Shown here piece by piece: positions 12,089 to 26,531 of a stretch of DNA of 64,000 nucleotides. Origin of the DNA: Macrostomum lignano. Its lineage: Eukaryota. Below the pieces are notes generated by a model that saw only the letters and a program-made list of their open reading frames with translations, ran no database searches and was not told the DNA's origin. The translations under genes were made by a program, and so were the position numbers. The stretch lies in NCBI GenBank assembly GCA_002269645.1, contig NIVC01000092.1, positions 124,001 to 188,000 of the forward strand, written 5' to 3'. Position 1 is the stretch's first letter. Every line of letters begins with the position of its first letter.

Positions 12089-13253
12089 AGCTTTACTGTA
12101 CATGTAATGTCCTGTTATAGCTTATTCGTTTTTTTTGCGTCAAATTGATCTAACGCATTTAATTGCCAGAACATTTCATTGTGTAGTACTTTTCAATCGA
12201 GAACAAAATCTTCAATTATTAGCATTTTAAATTTAATCATTTTTGATTCATTATTGAGATCATGCGTGGTCCTGCCGTGTACAAAAGCGCGACCTAAGAT
12301 CAAGCCCATTATGTAATATTCAAGGCATGTTTGCTTGAGTATATTAATAAAAAATTAAAGCGGTGTTAGCTAGCAACAATCATAGTACGAGTAACAACAG
12401 TACCTTTTTGCATATATAAAGATACTTTTGTTATTTGGATAAAAAAGTCTCGTTATTTAAATTTTATTTGTGTAAAAGGCGGCCCGATTGGCCGTAGATG
12501 ATCGGTTTTTCATTTCCAGTTCCCGATAAGAAAAAATAACAAAAAGATCGATTTGGCAAAAAACAATTGAATTTAAAACGATTTTTGACTCGAAACTAAA
12601 ATTTACCATATGAAATCTGTGTGTATGTAAAAAATCTGCTTCACAGACCCTACTGTTTCTTCAGTGTGTCATGATGGCTAATTATGTGGAGCACAATGTT
12701 ATTTAGTTGTCAGTCAATGAGAGTTTAGGGGCATGGTCGTGCTTGCGGCCAAGCCAAATCGAGCGCTTGTATTTTGGAACTGAAAGAAGGCATACACACT
12801 GAAAGATGGTATTGATATACTCGCTTACAACTCGAAGGATTAACAAAGTTTGGACATAGACACAGTTTAAGCACATACGTATTGGCTGCATTAACGGATC
12901 ATAAGGCATAACACAGTGCACGTCTCCAATCTTGCATAGCGTGATGTTGAATTGAAACGTCAGAAACTATACGATTTCGTAGCTACAAGGGTTTGTTTTG
13001 TTACTTTGAATTTGTAAAATAACCAGCTTTTACTTGTAGGTAATTATAGAACAACAGTAGGCCCTAACAAAAAATAGGCAATCCCCCGCCAGTAGTCAGT
13101 GGAGAGAGCATCAGATGGCATGTCGAAGCCCAGAAATGCATATTTGTGCTTTCTCTGCTTTTTTGCTATCATATTTTTTAATTTTGTTAGATGCTAATCA
13201 ATGTCAAAGATGAGGCAAAGTCGAAGCCAATGTTATATTGAGGCCTCATAAGG

Positions 13254-16200
13254 GGTCCGCGGTCATTTCGTCTGCCGCCTTTTCGTCTGCCAAAGAATTT
13301 TAGCAGACGAAACGACTTTTTTATTTATGTTTATTTTGGTTCACTTATTTCGTAATTTTTATGTAGGGAATTAAAATAAATTAATATAAGCAAGTTTTAA
13401 GTATGTTTTCTTATTTATATTGATACATTTTGTTTTTCTTCATTTTCTACGAAACCTAACTTACCTTTTTTAACACTTTGTGCATTTAAGCTACGTGGGT
13501 CGTTCTCAAAGCTAGGTCACAACTTTTTGTTATTGCAAAAAAAGTTTATACATCGAGCAATAATCGTACAAAAAAAATTATTTCGACAATTTCTGTAAGA
13601 AGCTGCTACTAAAACCACAAGAAAACTTGAAATTGAGAAGAAATCAAGGCTATTTGTTATTCTTTGTTGCGGAAAATAAACGACAAAAATATTAAAGAGA
13701 AAATAAAATTTTCTTCTATTTTTATTTTAAATATGCAGTTAAATTTCTTTTGCAAAAATAAAAGAACAAGAAATTGACAAAGGAAATGTTTTTGAGCACA
13801 GCATTTTGTTACTCTGCTCCAAATCCCAGACATTTAAAATTATCGTGTGCGAAAAAGTGCGAAATTATTATAGCATGCACTCGAAAGGACTTCGATCAGT
13901 TTAACTAATCACTGAATTAAGAAGTCTAAATAAGTCTTGAAAGGTTGAATTAAAAATCAAGTTTTCACTATGTATCTTTTCAAAGTCAAGATGATTTGAC
14001 AAATAAAGAATGTTCATTTTTACGGTGAATAGAATTGTTCATTTTTACATTAAATATAATAAAATCTAACTAATAATAGAAAAAGTCAGGGAACTATCCT
14101 TGAACACCAAAAAGCACATTGTGGATTTAATATCAACTGCATGTTCCTTAATAAAGGAATTTGGATTCTAGTATATATTTGATTATTTGTAGCATAATTT
14201 CTGAAAACTATAACTTGCTTGATTTTACTTTAAGTACTTATTACATTAATACTTATACCAAAGCTACATGTACTTAAAATAAAAAATTATAGTTACTTAT
14301 TAGACATTTTACTCCAATTAACTTAAAATAATTCAAATTTATTTTAATTAATTCATTTTTTGAAACTTTTTGGAAAATAGACAAAATTGAATTATTTAAT
14401 TACCAAAAACCTACTAGCTTAACTAAAATAGCAATTAGTCTTTAAGAAAAGATTTCACTTGTTAATTGAGAAAAATGAGGATGTGCGAGGTGTAAAAATG
14501 CGAAAGAGCATGCAGGAAACAGAGACAAACAAAAATGTAGGTAAAAGACACTGCACATGCACATAATATGATAACCAGACATAATGCGCACACTGAAACA
14601 CCAGTAGCAATGACGCCCAAGCTTTTGATGATCACAAGCGAAAAGGCAAAACCCAGCCATCAATCAAAGAAGTAGACTTTAGCACGCATCTTGAGTGCAT
14701 CACGCATTTTTGCAGAGAAGCTCGAAAATTAACATTGTATTCTGTGCACAACCACCAACTGCGACAGGGTCTGCCGGGGATTTGTGGGCACGCGGTCGCG
14801 GATACAAATCGGAGGAGTCGCTGACCATTCTGAAATTACTAGCTAGTACATGTAATTTTGTGTATTAATATATTTAGCCCGCTTTATTTCTATGCTCTCG
14901 TCCGCCTCTCGTTAATGCATCCCCAGACTCTTGCAATAATCAAACTTATGATCGACCTATGCATGGCTTCCGTCCCTCGCTTTGAATCTCTCACCTCCCC
15001 ATAGTTCCATCAACCTTACCTTAGTGGCTTCCTATGCAAAAATCATCCCTCCGCATCTTACACAGGCTACTTCAGGCTGTAGACTGTACTACACTTTTAC
15101 TTCAGTAATTAGTTGCGCTATAAGGAATCTACATGTATTTTGCTCGCAGCGCAGCGCGCTGCTCAAAGAAGTTTAGTTCTATCTAGATATTATAGTAATT
15201 TCAGGTTTGTCCATAGACTAGAGCTCATGAGATGAGAATTCCATTAACTAGTACATTTAATATGAATGAACTGCGTGTGTGTGTGCTGTGCATACATATG
15301 TATAATATACGAGTAGTTTATGGGCCAAATTATTGTGTGGCACAATTCTTGGCATCACTCAGCAGGCACAAGATGCAGTCAAGCAGCGCACGAAAATTCT
15401 ACAAAAGAAATTGAGCCTGGTTGAGGTGATGCGAGGAGGCAGATCCACACAATCTCAGTGAATACACCAGACTGCACCAGATACGAGTCCAGTCGAATGT
15501 GCGCACTGGTCTAAGCAGCACACGCATGTCCTTCTGACAATGACGGCACCTAGCTTCGTCCAAGCCTTTGCCAGCGTCACTGACAGCGTCAATACTACCA
15601 TGTAGTGCCACCTGCAGCACCGACAACGGCAATTCCTCCAATTAGCCCACAACAGTGGCTAAACTGAGGGACAGGGAACCTACCCACAGAAGACACACAT
15701 ACACACACAGCACCGGCAGCAGCACTCTGACAGCATAACCTGAAGCTCCATGAGCTCAGTTTTCAAGCATTGAAGAAGCAGAAGCAGTCATCTTGGATCC
15801 AGGGATCAGGAAGAGTGTTGCATGTCCGACATGTGCTGTTTCCGTGGCAAAAGGTGATGGAGCAAATTAATCAACACTTACTATCTAGCTCGTATTAAGA
15901 CTAAAAAACTGAGGCAAGCTGGGATTAAACCAAAGAAAATTTTTTACTATACTTTTTTACCATACTTTTACTATACTTCTATAGTATAGTAGAGAGGTAC
16001 TCTATTTAAATGCAGTAAGAAGTGAAACAAATTTATATATTTAATTATTAAATTAAATTAATTCAAGGTAAATAACTAATTTAACCAATTTATTAGGAGT
16101 ATTTATTATTATAATAAATTGATTTTTATACCTTACACGAAATAAGCTCTACATTCATTTCTTAGCTTGGGGCCCATCTGTATAAGGTCAGTTTCTTCAA

Positions 16201-17714
16201 AATGCTGATTAATTAATTAAGGCCTGTTGTCTTTACTTAAATTTATAAGGGCATCTTAGAAGTTAATATTACTATATAATACATGTATAATAGTATTACC
16301 ATATTATGATAATATAGTTGCAATTTTAATGACTATTGAATAAGTTTAAATGCTTCCCCTATTGACTCTAAATATATGGTATCTTTCCCTTCAGAAAAAA
16401 TTAGCATAGAATGACTTGATGAAAACAAAAAAAAATCATTTCGAGATACACATTTGCTGATCATTCAGGTCAAATTTCAAGGTCCAGTTTTGCACATGTT
16501 TCTCTGTAGCTTGGTTACAAGGATTTTAATAAAAATATAATAAATATGTCCAATGAACTAACAGATACATAGCCAAATTGAAGTATTTTCAAAAACAAAA
16601 AAAATCATTTGCTCAGTTTACTTTACTGGATATCTTTGTAAAATTTCAGCTCAAAAGGTGCTCCATGGAGAATGCTAGTGTGGTTACAGGATATTTATTT
16701 TGTGCTTCAAAGTAGGAGTTTATTGCGATGCATGGTTGCTTTTAATTATTTTTATCAACAATAGTGCTCTATTTCATAACAATTTTTTACAAAAAGATAA
16801 TAAGACATGTTTTTCTAATTATCTGCATCAAAATGTATCATTTTAAGCACGCATTCTAGACGTCAGCCGAAAAATACATTTTGTGAGACGCAAAGAGGCT
16901 ATCCCACCGGAAATGCTAGGCGTACAGTTAAGCGTCTATAAAATCATTTGTAGTGCAGTTTATTGGGCTTTAAAAAATTCTTAAATTAAATTTATATAAG
17001 CTTTCATTTTAAATGTAATATAGCAAGGTTTCAACACAACAACAACTTTTTTTAGCTACAGACATCTTGTAGTATCAAAAATTAACATCGGTGAAATGAT
17101 TGAATTTGAATTTTTTCATCGCTAATTATCGCTTAATACCGCCAGATGATTAAAAACACTTTTGTATGATAAAGTTCAACCCAAAAATTATCTTTATTGA
17201 CAGATAAAAGTGTCCTATTTTTTTCAATATGGCAGTAACAATAGTAAATGTTCGGAAAATTGTTAAAATTTTTGCTCCTCCTAGAATTTGCGAACGACCC
17301 ACGTATTCGTGAATAAATTGCATATGAGTTTACATTTTCTGTGCCTACAATTTCGATTGCTCCTTACATTTTACACTTTGTGCATTTAAGCTACTTGTAT
17401 TCGTGAATAAATTGCATATGAGTTTACATACACGAAAAAAAGAAAGTTGGAAGGAAACTAAACGGTTGGAACTTGGAGATATTTGCTTCTGGCTTTGTGT
17501 ATTTATATATATGCAACATATTAGCTCCGGAACTTGCAGAAAAGTCCTAGCATTATAATAAATTAGAATTAATAAGACATTTACATTACACTTCCATGCG
17601 AAGCTTGATGACATAATTAGTTATTCCGATTTATATATTATATATATTGGCAGACGAAACGACTATATCGTATATTGGCAGACGAAAAGGCGGCAGACGA
17701 AATGACCGTCAACC
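13254..17714. mobile_element. Non-autonomous TIR element (GG..CC ends, 8-bp TSD; Merlin- or MULE-like)
   Basis: TIR GGTnnnCGGTCATTTCGTCTGCCGCCTTTTCGTCTGCCAA at both ends; TSD TCATAAGG at 13246-13253 and 17715-17722. Confidence 0.85.
13494..17303. mobile_element. Nested 3.8-kb Tc1/mariner-type non-autonomous element
   Basis: TA|CGTGGGTCGTTC ... GAACGACCCACG|TA. It splits one copy of a repeat whose uninterrupted copy lies near 17373-17425. Confidence 0.7.
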
Positions 17715-19930
17715 TCATAAGGCAGGCCTAGTTAGTTTTTGTAAATCCATAGGCCCTACCCATAGTGCCATTTAGTAGGTTGCAGGAATGTTGACACTCA
17801 AGTAATGTTCAATGGTTATAGGAAGGGCAATCCTTTGGATTCCCGTTCTAAATTATTTTGCCCCTGTTTTCGAACTTTTTAGACTCCTGAGGCAACGAAA
17901 ATGAGTTATAGAGGTTGACACACTCTATAACAGAGTAACTCTTTGACACATGTAACAATGTATATGCTTAGTTGTAGTGTCAACATTGACACATTCATTA
18001 ACCTAAATCAACCTTTGTGCACCTTTTCTAGTGGGCTTATATAGGCTATATAGTACTACATTTGCACAAAATTATTTTGTACAATTGTCTAATATAAAAA
18101 AATACATTATTAGTAATAGTGGCTTATTAATATACTTTCCTACATTAGGATAAAATTTGTACAGCATGAATAATGAGTTAATGAATAAGTTCTTAAGCTA
18201 TAAATAGGCCTAATAACAAATAACAAGAAGGTATAAGATGCCTTTTTAATTTTTAGTCAAGTTTTCAAACTGGTATATTGGTATATTATAATTAGGCCTA
18301 TTGAATTATTGAATACCTGGGCTTTCACATCAATACTAGAAAATAAAGGAGCAAAATCTTATAAAGTTTTTTGTGAAATTCCTATAAATGTTTCAAAAAA
18401 CTACACTTTCTAACTTTCCTATAGTTAAAGACTCCAATGAGCTGAAAAACAAGGCCAAATAGTAAGGTTATTTGAAATATCTAGTTTGGGTTTTGGACAA
18501 AAAATTTAGATTAGCCAAGGGAAGTAGAAAAGATAGCTTATTTTATTGAAGCCTCTCTTAATTTTTTAGGTAGCTTAAGTGTAACAATAAAAAATATTTT
18601 TGGTGAGGATAATTTTGGTTTCCCTAGGAGGGGCCTAAATTAAACCAAAATACAACTTTGTCTGCCCTATTAGATATAATGTCCAGACCAAAAACTAAAT
18701 TTATTCAGAAAGCAAAAAGTTAAAGGTCACTAGATGATACAATGATATCAATTTGCTGTTATTATTATTATCAACAATTATTGCCATTGCTACTATCCTC
18801 CATATTGCCCTCATTGTTAGAACTAGACATAGATGAAGCTTGACCATCAAGGAAAGCAGGAGGCTGCTAATCATGATAATGGGTTGTTATGTGCTAATGG
18901 GTAAGCCTATCGAAAGACATTTTTAAGTGATGTTAGGTGCCTACATGGTAGAAATAGTCAATAATAGCCAACTCTATTGCTTTATCTTCATGGCCTTTTT
19001 GTAATAGCTCTAAATAATATTTGTGGGAGTAATTTTTTTGTTAGCAAAATATCGCAATATGTGCTTGATTGTCCAATATACTTATATAAGTATAGCATTT
19101 TTTGTAATAGTCCAAGCATAAAAGCATTATAAAAAGATAATCAACATTATTTGTTTACTTTTATTAAAAGGCAATATGCCAATATATTCAATGCAATGTT
19201 TACAATTCTAGTACACTTGGCACCATAGGCTAAATCTGCATGTTATATTATAATCTAAAATGTGGAAAAGAATATTGGATACTAATTATGCGAGATTCTG
19301 GCTACTTGAAAAATTGAAACTAGAAAAAAAGTTAAATCAAAATTTACTTTTAATGGAAGTTATATTTCATTAGGCTCTAGTCATATGAAAGTAAAGAAAA
19401 ACTAAGCCTAGTTTGCTTTAACAAAGTGCATAGCATAGTTATTGATATAATAATTTATTTTTAATTTATAATCTTCATTTTTGTAAAAATTAAATATTTA
19501 CTAATTATAATTTTAATTACCAATGGCTATGGCTATATCTATGGCTTTATGCTTTAAGGTTGCCATTATAGAAATGCCAATACAACTAGATTTACTTTGG
19601 GATATCTCATTTTCATGCATATTATATTATATCACTATAGTAGTATTCTACCACCGCACCTTCATACCTCCGTAACTATAGCTATACCAAAATTTATTAT
19701 GCCATCTCTGTAGCCGCAATTCATTATGTTTTAGATAATAAAATCTCCATATTCCAAATTTTCCCATAGCCATATTAAAAATTAACAAATTCCACTCATT
19801 TCCTAAGCAAAAAGCAAAAATGTAAAGCCAAAGTGAAAGCAAGATCAAGCAAAAAGCATTTAGTAATTTATAGAGATTTTAGTATAATAGAATTAGTTTG
19901 GTATAACAAATATAAACACATTTTATATGA

Positions 19931-22641
19931 GACAAGCTGTTGAAACCCGCGGATTTTGAACCCGGGGAATTCTAATCCCCGGAACTACTTTTGCATGTAT
20001 TCAGAAATCTAAGGCCATACACAAACAAATTAATGTTAGTAGGATAGAGGTAGACATAAAATGGAGCACATTCGTGTAAAATTAGGGTTTGAGGCAAACG
20101 TTGATATTGTTTGCTAGGGTACTCCACAGAATGCCAGGCAATGTCTGTCTGACTCCATCTCTCTTATCTCATCTCTTCCCTATTCTTTTCTCTTTCCTCT
20201 CCTCTCTCCTTTCTACTTTTCGTTTTCTCTTTGCTCTACTCTCTCCTCTCCTTTCTCCTCTCTCCCATCTTCTTTCGTATATTCCCTCATCTTTCTTCTC
20301 TTTCATATCTCTTATCTCATCTTTTCCCTCTTCTTTTCTCTCTCCTCTCCTCTCTCCTCTCTACTTTTTCGTTTTCTCCCTCCTCTCCTCTCTCCTCTTT
20401 CCCCCTCTTCTCTCGTCTCTTCCTTGTCCTCTCTATTCTTTTCTCTCTTCTCTTTACTCTCTCTTCTACTCTCTCGTCTCTCCTCTCTACTCTTTCTCTC
20501 TCTCCTCTCTCCCCTCTTCTCTCGTCTCTTCCCTCACCCCTTTCCTCTCTCTCTTTCCTCTCATCTCTTTTCTTGTTTTATCTCTTCTCTCTCCCCTCGT
20601 TGCTCGTCTCTTCCCTCACCTCTCTTCTCTCTCGTCTGCTCTTTCATCTCTCCTTTCTCTTCTTTTATCTTTTCTCTCTTATCTCTTCTCGTTTCTCTCT
20701 GCTCTGCGCTCTCTCTCTCTCTCTCCTTTCCCATCTCTCTTCTCCTCTCTACTCTCTCCCCTCTTCATTCTCTTACTTCCTCTTCTCTCTTCTCTAGTCT
20801 CTGTAATCTCTTCTCTCTTATCTCTCCTCTGTTCTCTCTACTCTCCCATCTCTCGTCTGTTCATCTGCTCTCTCATCTGTCATCTTTACTCTCTTATACA
20901 TTCTCTCACTTATCTCCTATGTACTCTTCTCTTTCACCTCTTCTGACTCCTCTCTTTCCTTACTCCTTTCTTCTTTTCTCTTCCCTCTTCTATACTCTCT
21001 CTCCTCTATTATCTTCTCTCATCTCTCTGCACTCTCCTCTCACCTTTTTCATATCTCATCTCTTCTTTCATCTGTCTTATCTCTACAATCTCATCTATTT
21101 CCTCTCTCTTCCTCTTCCTTTTACTCTCTCATCTCTCCTTTCTCCCCTCTTCTTTCACCACTCTCTTATCTCTATCTCTTCTCTTCTCACTCCTCTCTCC
21201 CCCTCTTATCTCCTCTCTTCTCTATCCTTTCTACTCTCCCCTCTCTAATCTCTCATCTCCTCTTGACCCTCTGTCATCTTCTTTCTGCTTTCTCATCTCT
21301 ACTCTCTTCTCAATCTTCTCTACTCTCCTCTCTCATCGATCCTCTGTCTCATCTCTCCCCTCTTCTCACCTTTACTCTTTCCTCTCCTTCCTTTCTTCCC
21401 TCCTCTCGCTTCTTCCTCCCTTCTTCTCTGCTCTCTCCTCACCACTTTTCCTTTTCACTCACATCTGGCCCGCAGCCATGAGCTGGATTCTTTATCTGGC
21501 CTTTGAGATAAAAATCTGCCAATCCCTGCTTCGAAAGTGCTATCATGGGAGGCAGTACCATCATGGTTGTTATCATTTCTCATGCTTTAATCACATCATC
21601 TTTCTGGCCAATTAGCAGCCCTGAGAGGAATTTGTGTATCTCCATTCTCCAGCTCCACCACCACAGTCTGCAGCAGTCTAACAACCAAGGAAATACACAT
21701 TTCTTAGGAGGCCATTTAAATTTTAAAGTTACCTTATGCAAATCTTAATGTTAAAATTTTCATGGTGTAACTAATTTAGTAGGATTGCATTGTAATCAGT
21801 TATTCATTAATTTTTCACTATTTTTACAAACTATCCCACATCGCCTTGATTTGCCATCCTTGTTTAACTGCTGCGACTTGTCTATACAGAGGACAGTAGT
21901 TTGAAATTAAATCTCTTGCTAAACTCTCTCCTCTCCACGCCTCTCTACTCGCAGGGGTACAGAGACGGTTATTAAAAAGTTATTCCAAAACACTGTACAT
22001 TCGCTATCTAAATTGAGCCCTATCGCCTGACGCTTTGTCTGGACTGGGGGAATGAGTAAGTTGAGCGCCACAAACAACAGAAAAAGCAGACAAACTTCAC
22101 ATGCTTACAGTTTCTTTTTTGGTTGAGTTACAGAGTTGAAACTTAACATTTAGATAGAGAATGAGTCAATGAAAAATTGTGTCAAGTTTGAAGTCAATCG
22201 CTTTACGTGAAGCAAACTTATGGCAGCCCAAAGTTAGTCATTTAAAAACCTATTTAAAAACCTTTGCCCAGATTGGAAAAGAGAGGCAGGTAGGTGGAGG
22301 TTGGGGTGGCTGCCTTGCTAAAAAACAGCCAAACTTTAAAAGTGCACAGCACCATTCAGGATTAACTTTCATAATCGAAATTTTACACAATTTTGTCAAA
22401 ATAGTTGAAGACTGTCTGTGTCAAATTTGAAGAGAATCGGTAGAAGTGAAGCCACGCTATGGAGGATTTAGTGAAAAAATCGCGCATTTTGAGCAGTTTT
22501 TTGTACTTTAAGGCAGGAAGACTTGAGTCTAGGAAATTAAAAGGTAGCCTAAGACATTTTCCGTAGTAAGTTTAGGGTGGGTATAAAGTTTGGTGTAATT
22601 TGGTTGAGCGGTTTGGGAGTCCATAGCGAAGTAATTTGTCC

Positions 22642-22682
<41 letters not shown>

Positions 22683-22706
22683 GTTTTGATTTTTATATGT
22701 AGAGAT
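19931..22706 (+). mobile_element. Non-autonomous Helitron/Helentron-like (DINE-1/Lep1-like) element
   Basis: 5' ACAAGCTGTTGAAACCCGCGG plus a CCGGGGA..TCCCCGG hairpin. The 3' end has GGTTGAGCGGTTT..(CAGA)10..TTTTATATGTAGAGAT, an arrangement typical of these families. Confidence 0.5.
20150..21450. repeat. 1.3-kb CT-rich low-complexity tract
   Basis: Almost pure pyrimidine, cryptic (CT)n/(CTT)n. Confidence 0.95.
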
Positions 22707-25158
22707 AGCCAGTAATTTATCTATTTATTTAGCCAAGAAATAAAAAAAATTAAATAAAAAAACTTCTGCATAAAAAAGAGACTTTGTATTTATTTTATAT
22801 TGTTATGGGAAATTATGTATGGTGCTCCAAATCTTTATAATCCATAACCATAGCCGCCAATTGGCAAGATCTCCATAGCCACAATCCATAATCAACTTTT
22901 GCTCAAAAAAGTGCTGCCCCGAATTTTCCCATCACCATAGCCATAATTACAGTAGAACACTACACTATAGTTATTACTTTTTATCATTATAGTATAAAGA
23001 AAGCCTACAAGCCAAGCAAAATAAGTCTAGATGTAAGATAAAAAGAATCATTCTCTAAATCATTACTTGCTAAATCAAATTTATTTAAATTGTTATACTT
23101 TAAATTGTTTTAACTGTAAATTGTAACTTTAAGAATTTGGGGTTGCTTGGATCTGGGTCTGAAGATCTTGGAATCCCACTGCTATCACTAGTGTAGTGCT
23201 TGGCTTTCTGGTTTCAGTGGCAGGGTGGACTGCTATTGCCCAAAGCAACCTTGCTGAGTATACTTACAGGGGCTAAGACTGGGGAGAAATCTAAAATTAA
23301 GGGTAGTGTTGCCACCAGCATGGGAACCATAGAATCAGCAATGAAGGGGTCTGTTTGGGCTCCACGCAAATAAATAATGCTAGAACAACTAGTCTCATAT
23401 TTCAATGTCCAAGTGACAGGACTCAATGGTAGCAAATAGCCTGAGTGGTACAGTCCTGGCACTGACAATGTCCGCGCTTGAGCATGTCTGAGTTTAGCTC
23501 TCATAGGACCCTAACTCCTATTAACCTAATAGCTACGTCTCACGCAGATAGGTGGCGAGGAAATAAGTCTATGCACCTGCGGCAGCAATAGACTCTAGGC
23601 CTATAAAAACTAACAGCTATTTCTTAGAATTGTGCACAAGTGCTGCAACTGCACACTCACTCTCACTCTTATTTTGCGCCTGTGTGGCTTTAGCCGAATG
23701 GCTTTAGCCAACTGATTTCCTGCCAATAAGGTAGGCTGGAAAACCAGAGCTATAGCCCTAGCAATGCTCTACCAAGACCTGCTCAGGAGCGTGCTTTCTG
23801 CTTGAGTGCTGAAATGCTCTACCAAGACCTGCGCAAGACTTTGCTTTGCTGTTAACTGGTGCTAGAGCGCTTACTCGTAGATAGCTCTCGACGAGTCTGA
23901 CCAGTGGTCAAAATGGTTCTAAGGAAAAATTCAGAGATGGGCCTGCATTTGTTAATATAGAACGCGGAGAGTGGAGCATTTGGGCATTCTATGGCTTGAC
24001 CATGGAACAGCAGCCCAAAAAGTGCGGATAATGATGCACAACAGATATTGATTAAACATGGGGGAAAGAGTAGCTTGTACAAAGCGCCGACAGTTGCTTC
24101 AAGCCACCAGTGACAATAGCATGCCAAATTTGGGCTTGTGCGCACAAGGCTGCATATGAGAGAAGGTTTGGCTTGGGACACAGGGGTCCGCAGAACCCTT
24201 AGTCTAAAAATAGAATGACGCATGGGGAGAGGCTTGGATGCAGGAAGAACAAGAGAGCAGAAAGGGAAAGGGTCCAGCGAGTGCACAAGGGGAGGAGTAC
24301 AGCTAACTAGACTTGCATACACTGAGCAATCGTACGTGGCAGGCCAGGCAACAACAGTACAGGCAAGTGCCAAATTTGGCAGCTTCCACTAACCAACCCT
24401 AGGCTAGGCAAACTTCCTAATTTCCTATGCTAAGAGACAACTCGATTGCGCCATATTGTGCAACTTCTGAGTGCCAAGGAAGGCTGCTTAGAGTGCATGG
24501 AGGCAGCAAAAAATTCCTATTCCAGATACTAGCAGCGGACAGTAGTGCCTAAGATGTGACTGCGGCCCTATGCTTGCAGCAGAAGGCTGCGGCCATATCA
24601 ATATCAATAGTAGCTATAGCCTATAGTTAGGCCTAACTATAACCTATTATACTAGGCCACTTAGGTCATATAGGCCTACTAAAGTAGATTCTTCTATAAG
24701 TATTTGTGAGATAGCAGGGTACAATTTAGGCTAGAATAAAAATGAAAATTACTGCCTTGTAGCCTATAGACTATAAGAGCTATTTGGGATTAATGACTAC
24801 AACAAACTGTCAAGGATTTAAGTTAAAATGAATAAGACTAAGTCCATTGAATAGAATAAATTCTTATGTTAGCTGGAACAATAAGTCAATATGTCTACAT
24901 ACAATTATAACAAAGAAACAATTGTTAAATTGTGAACAAAGCAATTTAATAAAAGAAGTTTAAACAAAGCAGCATTAGGTACTTTAGACAATTTTAAAGT
25001 CATTTAAATTTATGGTTACATAGCATATTTATGTTGCCATTTATATTTCTAAGTAATATTTCTTGATATTTGCAACAAAGCTATTTTTAAGACCCTTGAA
25101 AAATGACACATGTTTAATCTTGAAATATATGTCAACACTTCCATAGCTTTTCTACAAC

Positions 25159-26531
25159 TAGGGAATACATAATCCCAAGTTTTGCCAATCCCAGGATTTT
25201 TGGGATCAGGATATCCTGGACTTTGAAAATTCTGGGATTCTTGGGATCAGGATATCCTGAACTTTGCCAATCCTAGGATCCTGATGAATTGGGCTGGGAT
25301 CCCAGGATCCCAGAATGCAAAAAAGTTTTTAATCTTTGATGGTACAATTTAGGCTTACAAAGCCATCTAACCTGATTTGAAAGGGCTTTTAATAATAAAT
25401 TAAAAGATAATAAAATATTTCGCAAACAAGAAACTGACACCAAGCTCTAAATTAGAGTGTGATATATAGGCTAGTATATTAGACATGCTTTTTTATATGC
25501 TAGTATATGTTTGGGTGCAACCTAGGGATTCACTCGGCCATTTCTATTGGCAGCACATACATGTAAGTTGCTATTGGACTGAATAGTAATCACACGATTG
25601 CTCTCAGCCAATAGCGACTTATATGTATATGTTGCCAATAGAAACAGCCAAGTGATTCCCAAGGTTGTGCATGTACTCATATGTGCCAGTATCAGCTTAG
25701 GAAAATCACACTTGATTATGACATAACCTAGGGAATGATAGCTTATAGAGCTATGGCCCAAGGTACTAATACCAGGATAAAATAGGATAGGACTCAGACC
25801 TCACCTTCCTAGGGGCATCCATCCTAAATGGAGAATTAGCAGCTTAGGTTATAGTCTGTTAGCAAGGTCCCATTGTTCTAGTCCCAATTATGGCCAAAGA
25901 GTTTTAAAGGTATCAACTGCTAAAAGTCATGTCATCAACCCTATGCTGTATACTGGGCATCTAAATGGTGTTTTGACAGTGCTGAGAATGAGGTCTTGTG
26001 TATAAAGCAGTTTTGATCTGTGCAAGGTTGAGACCCCTTGATTTTAGCTAGGTTTGAGATAGAATGAGAGTTTCAATGAACAATCATTTGACTCCTAATT
26101 GGCTAGTACTATTGCTGCAATTGGAAAAGATAAGGGATTGGCTTTTATTGCTTTAGGCTCTATGAATACATGTAGGTTTTAGAATAATAATTATATTATT
26201 TTGCATATAACTTATGCAGATAGCTGCACATACATTTTTACACCTAAAATCTATTTATGATCTGCCAACAGCTTCAGTTTTGTATCCTTGCAGCCCTAGC
26301 TTTCTCATTAGCCTGAATGCTTCAAAGATTAATAAATCAAGGTAGGCCAACTAGGTTATGATTTTCACCTAACAAGTAACTTAGCTACTGATCCTACTAC
26401 TTAAGAATAAATGATTGAATTATTGCAAACTGGGATCAGGATCCCAATGGTCAATCCTAGGATTTTCAAATCTTGGACAAATATGATCATGGGATTTAGA
26501 CCTCATCAAAATCCCGGGATTGTATTCCCTA
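25159..26531. mobile_element. Non-autonomous hAT element, 1.37 kb
   Basis: TAGGGAATAC..GTATTCCCTA ends; perfect 8-bp TSD TCTACAAC (25151-25158, 26532-26539); GGGAT/ATCCC subterminal repeats. Confidence 0.85.
25515..25670. repeat. Small fold-back (palindromic MITE-like) element inside the hAT element
   Basis: Imperfect inverted arms of ~65 bp around a short spacer. Confidence 0.7.

Larger units (their letters stand above)
19633..22970. mobile_element. Old TIR element (outer shell of the Helitron-like insertion)
   Basis: Ends CTATAGTAGTATTCTAC / GTAGAACACTACACTATAG are inverted; decayed CCATAGCC-type subterminal repeats. Confidence 0.35.

Noticed and set aside
12703-12921. 72-aa minus-strand ORF with CxxC
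   Set aside because: No recognisable domain, ATG start or splice context.
20089-21481. Leu/Ser/Phe-rich membrane-like ORFs
   Set aside because: A pyrimidine tract cannot encode stops, so this is a low-complexity artefact.
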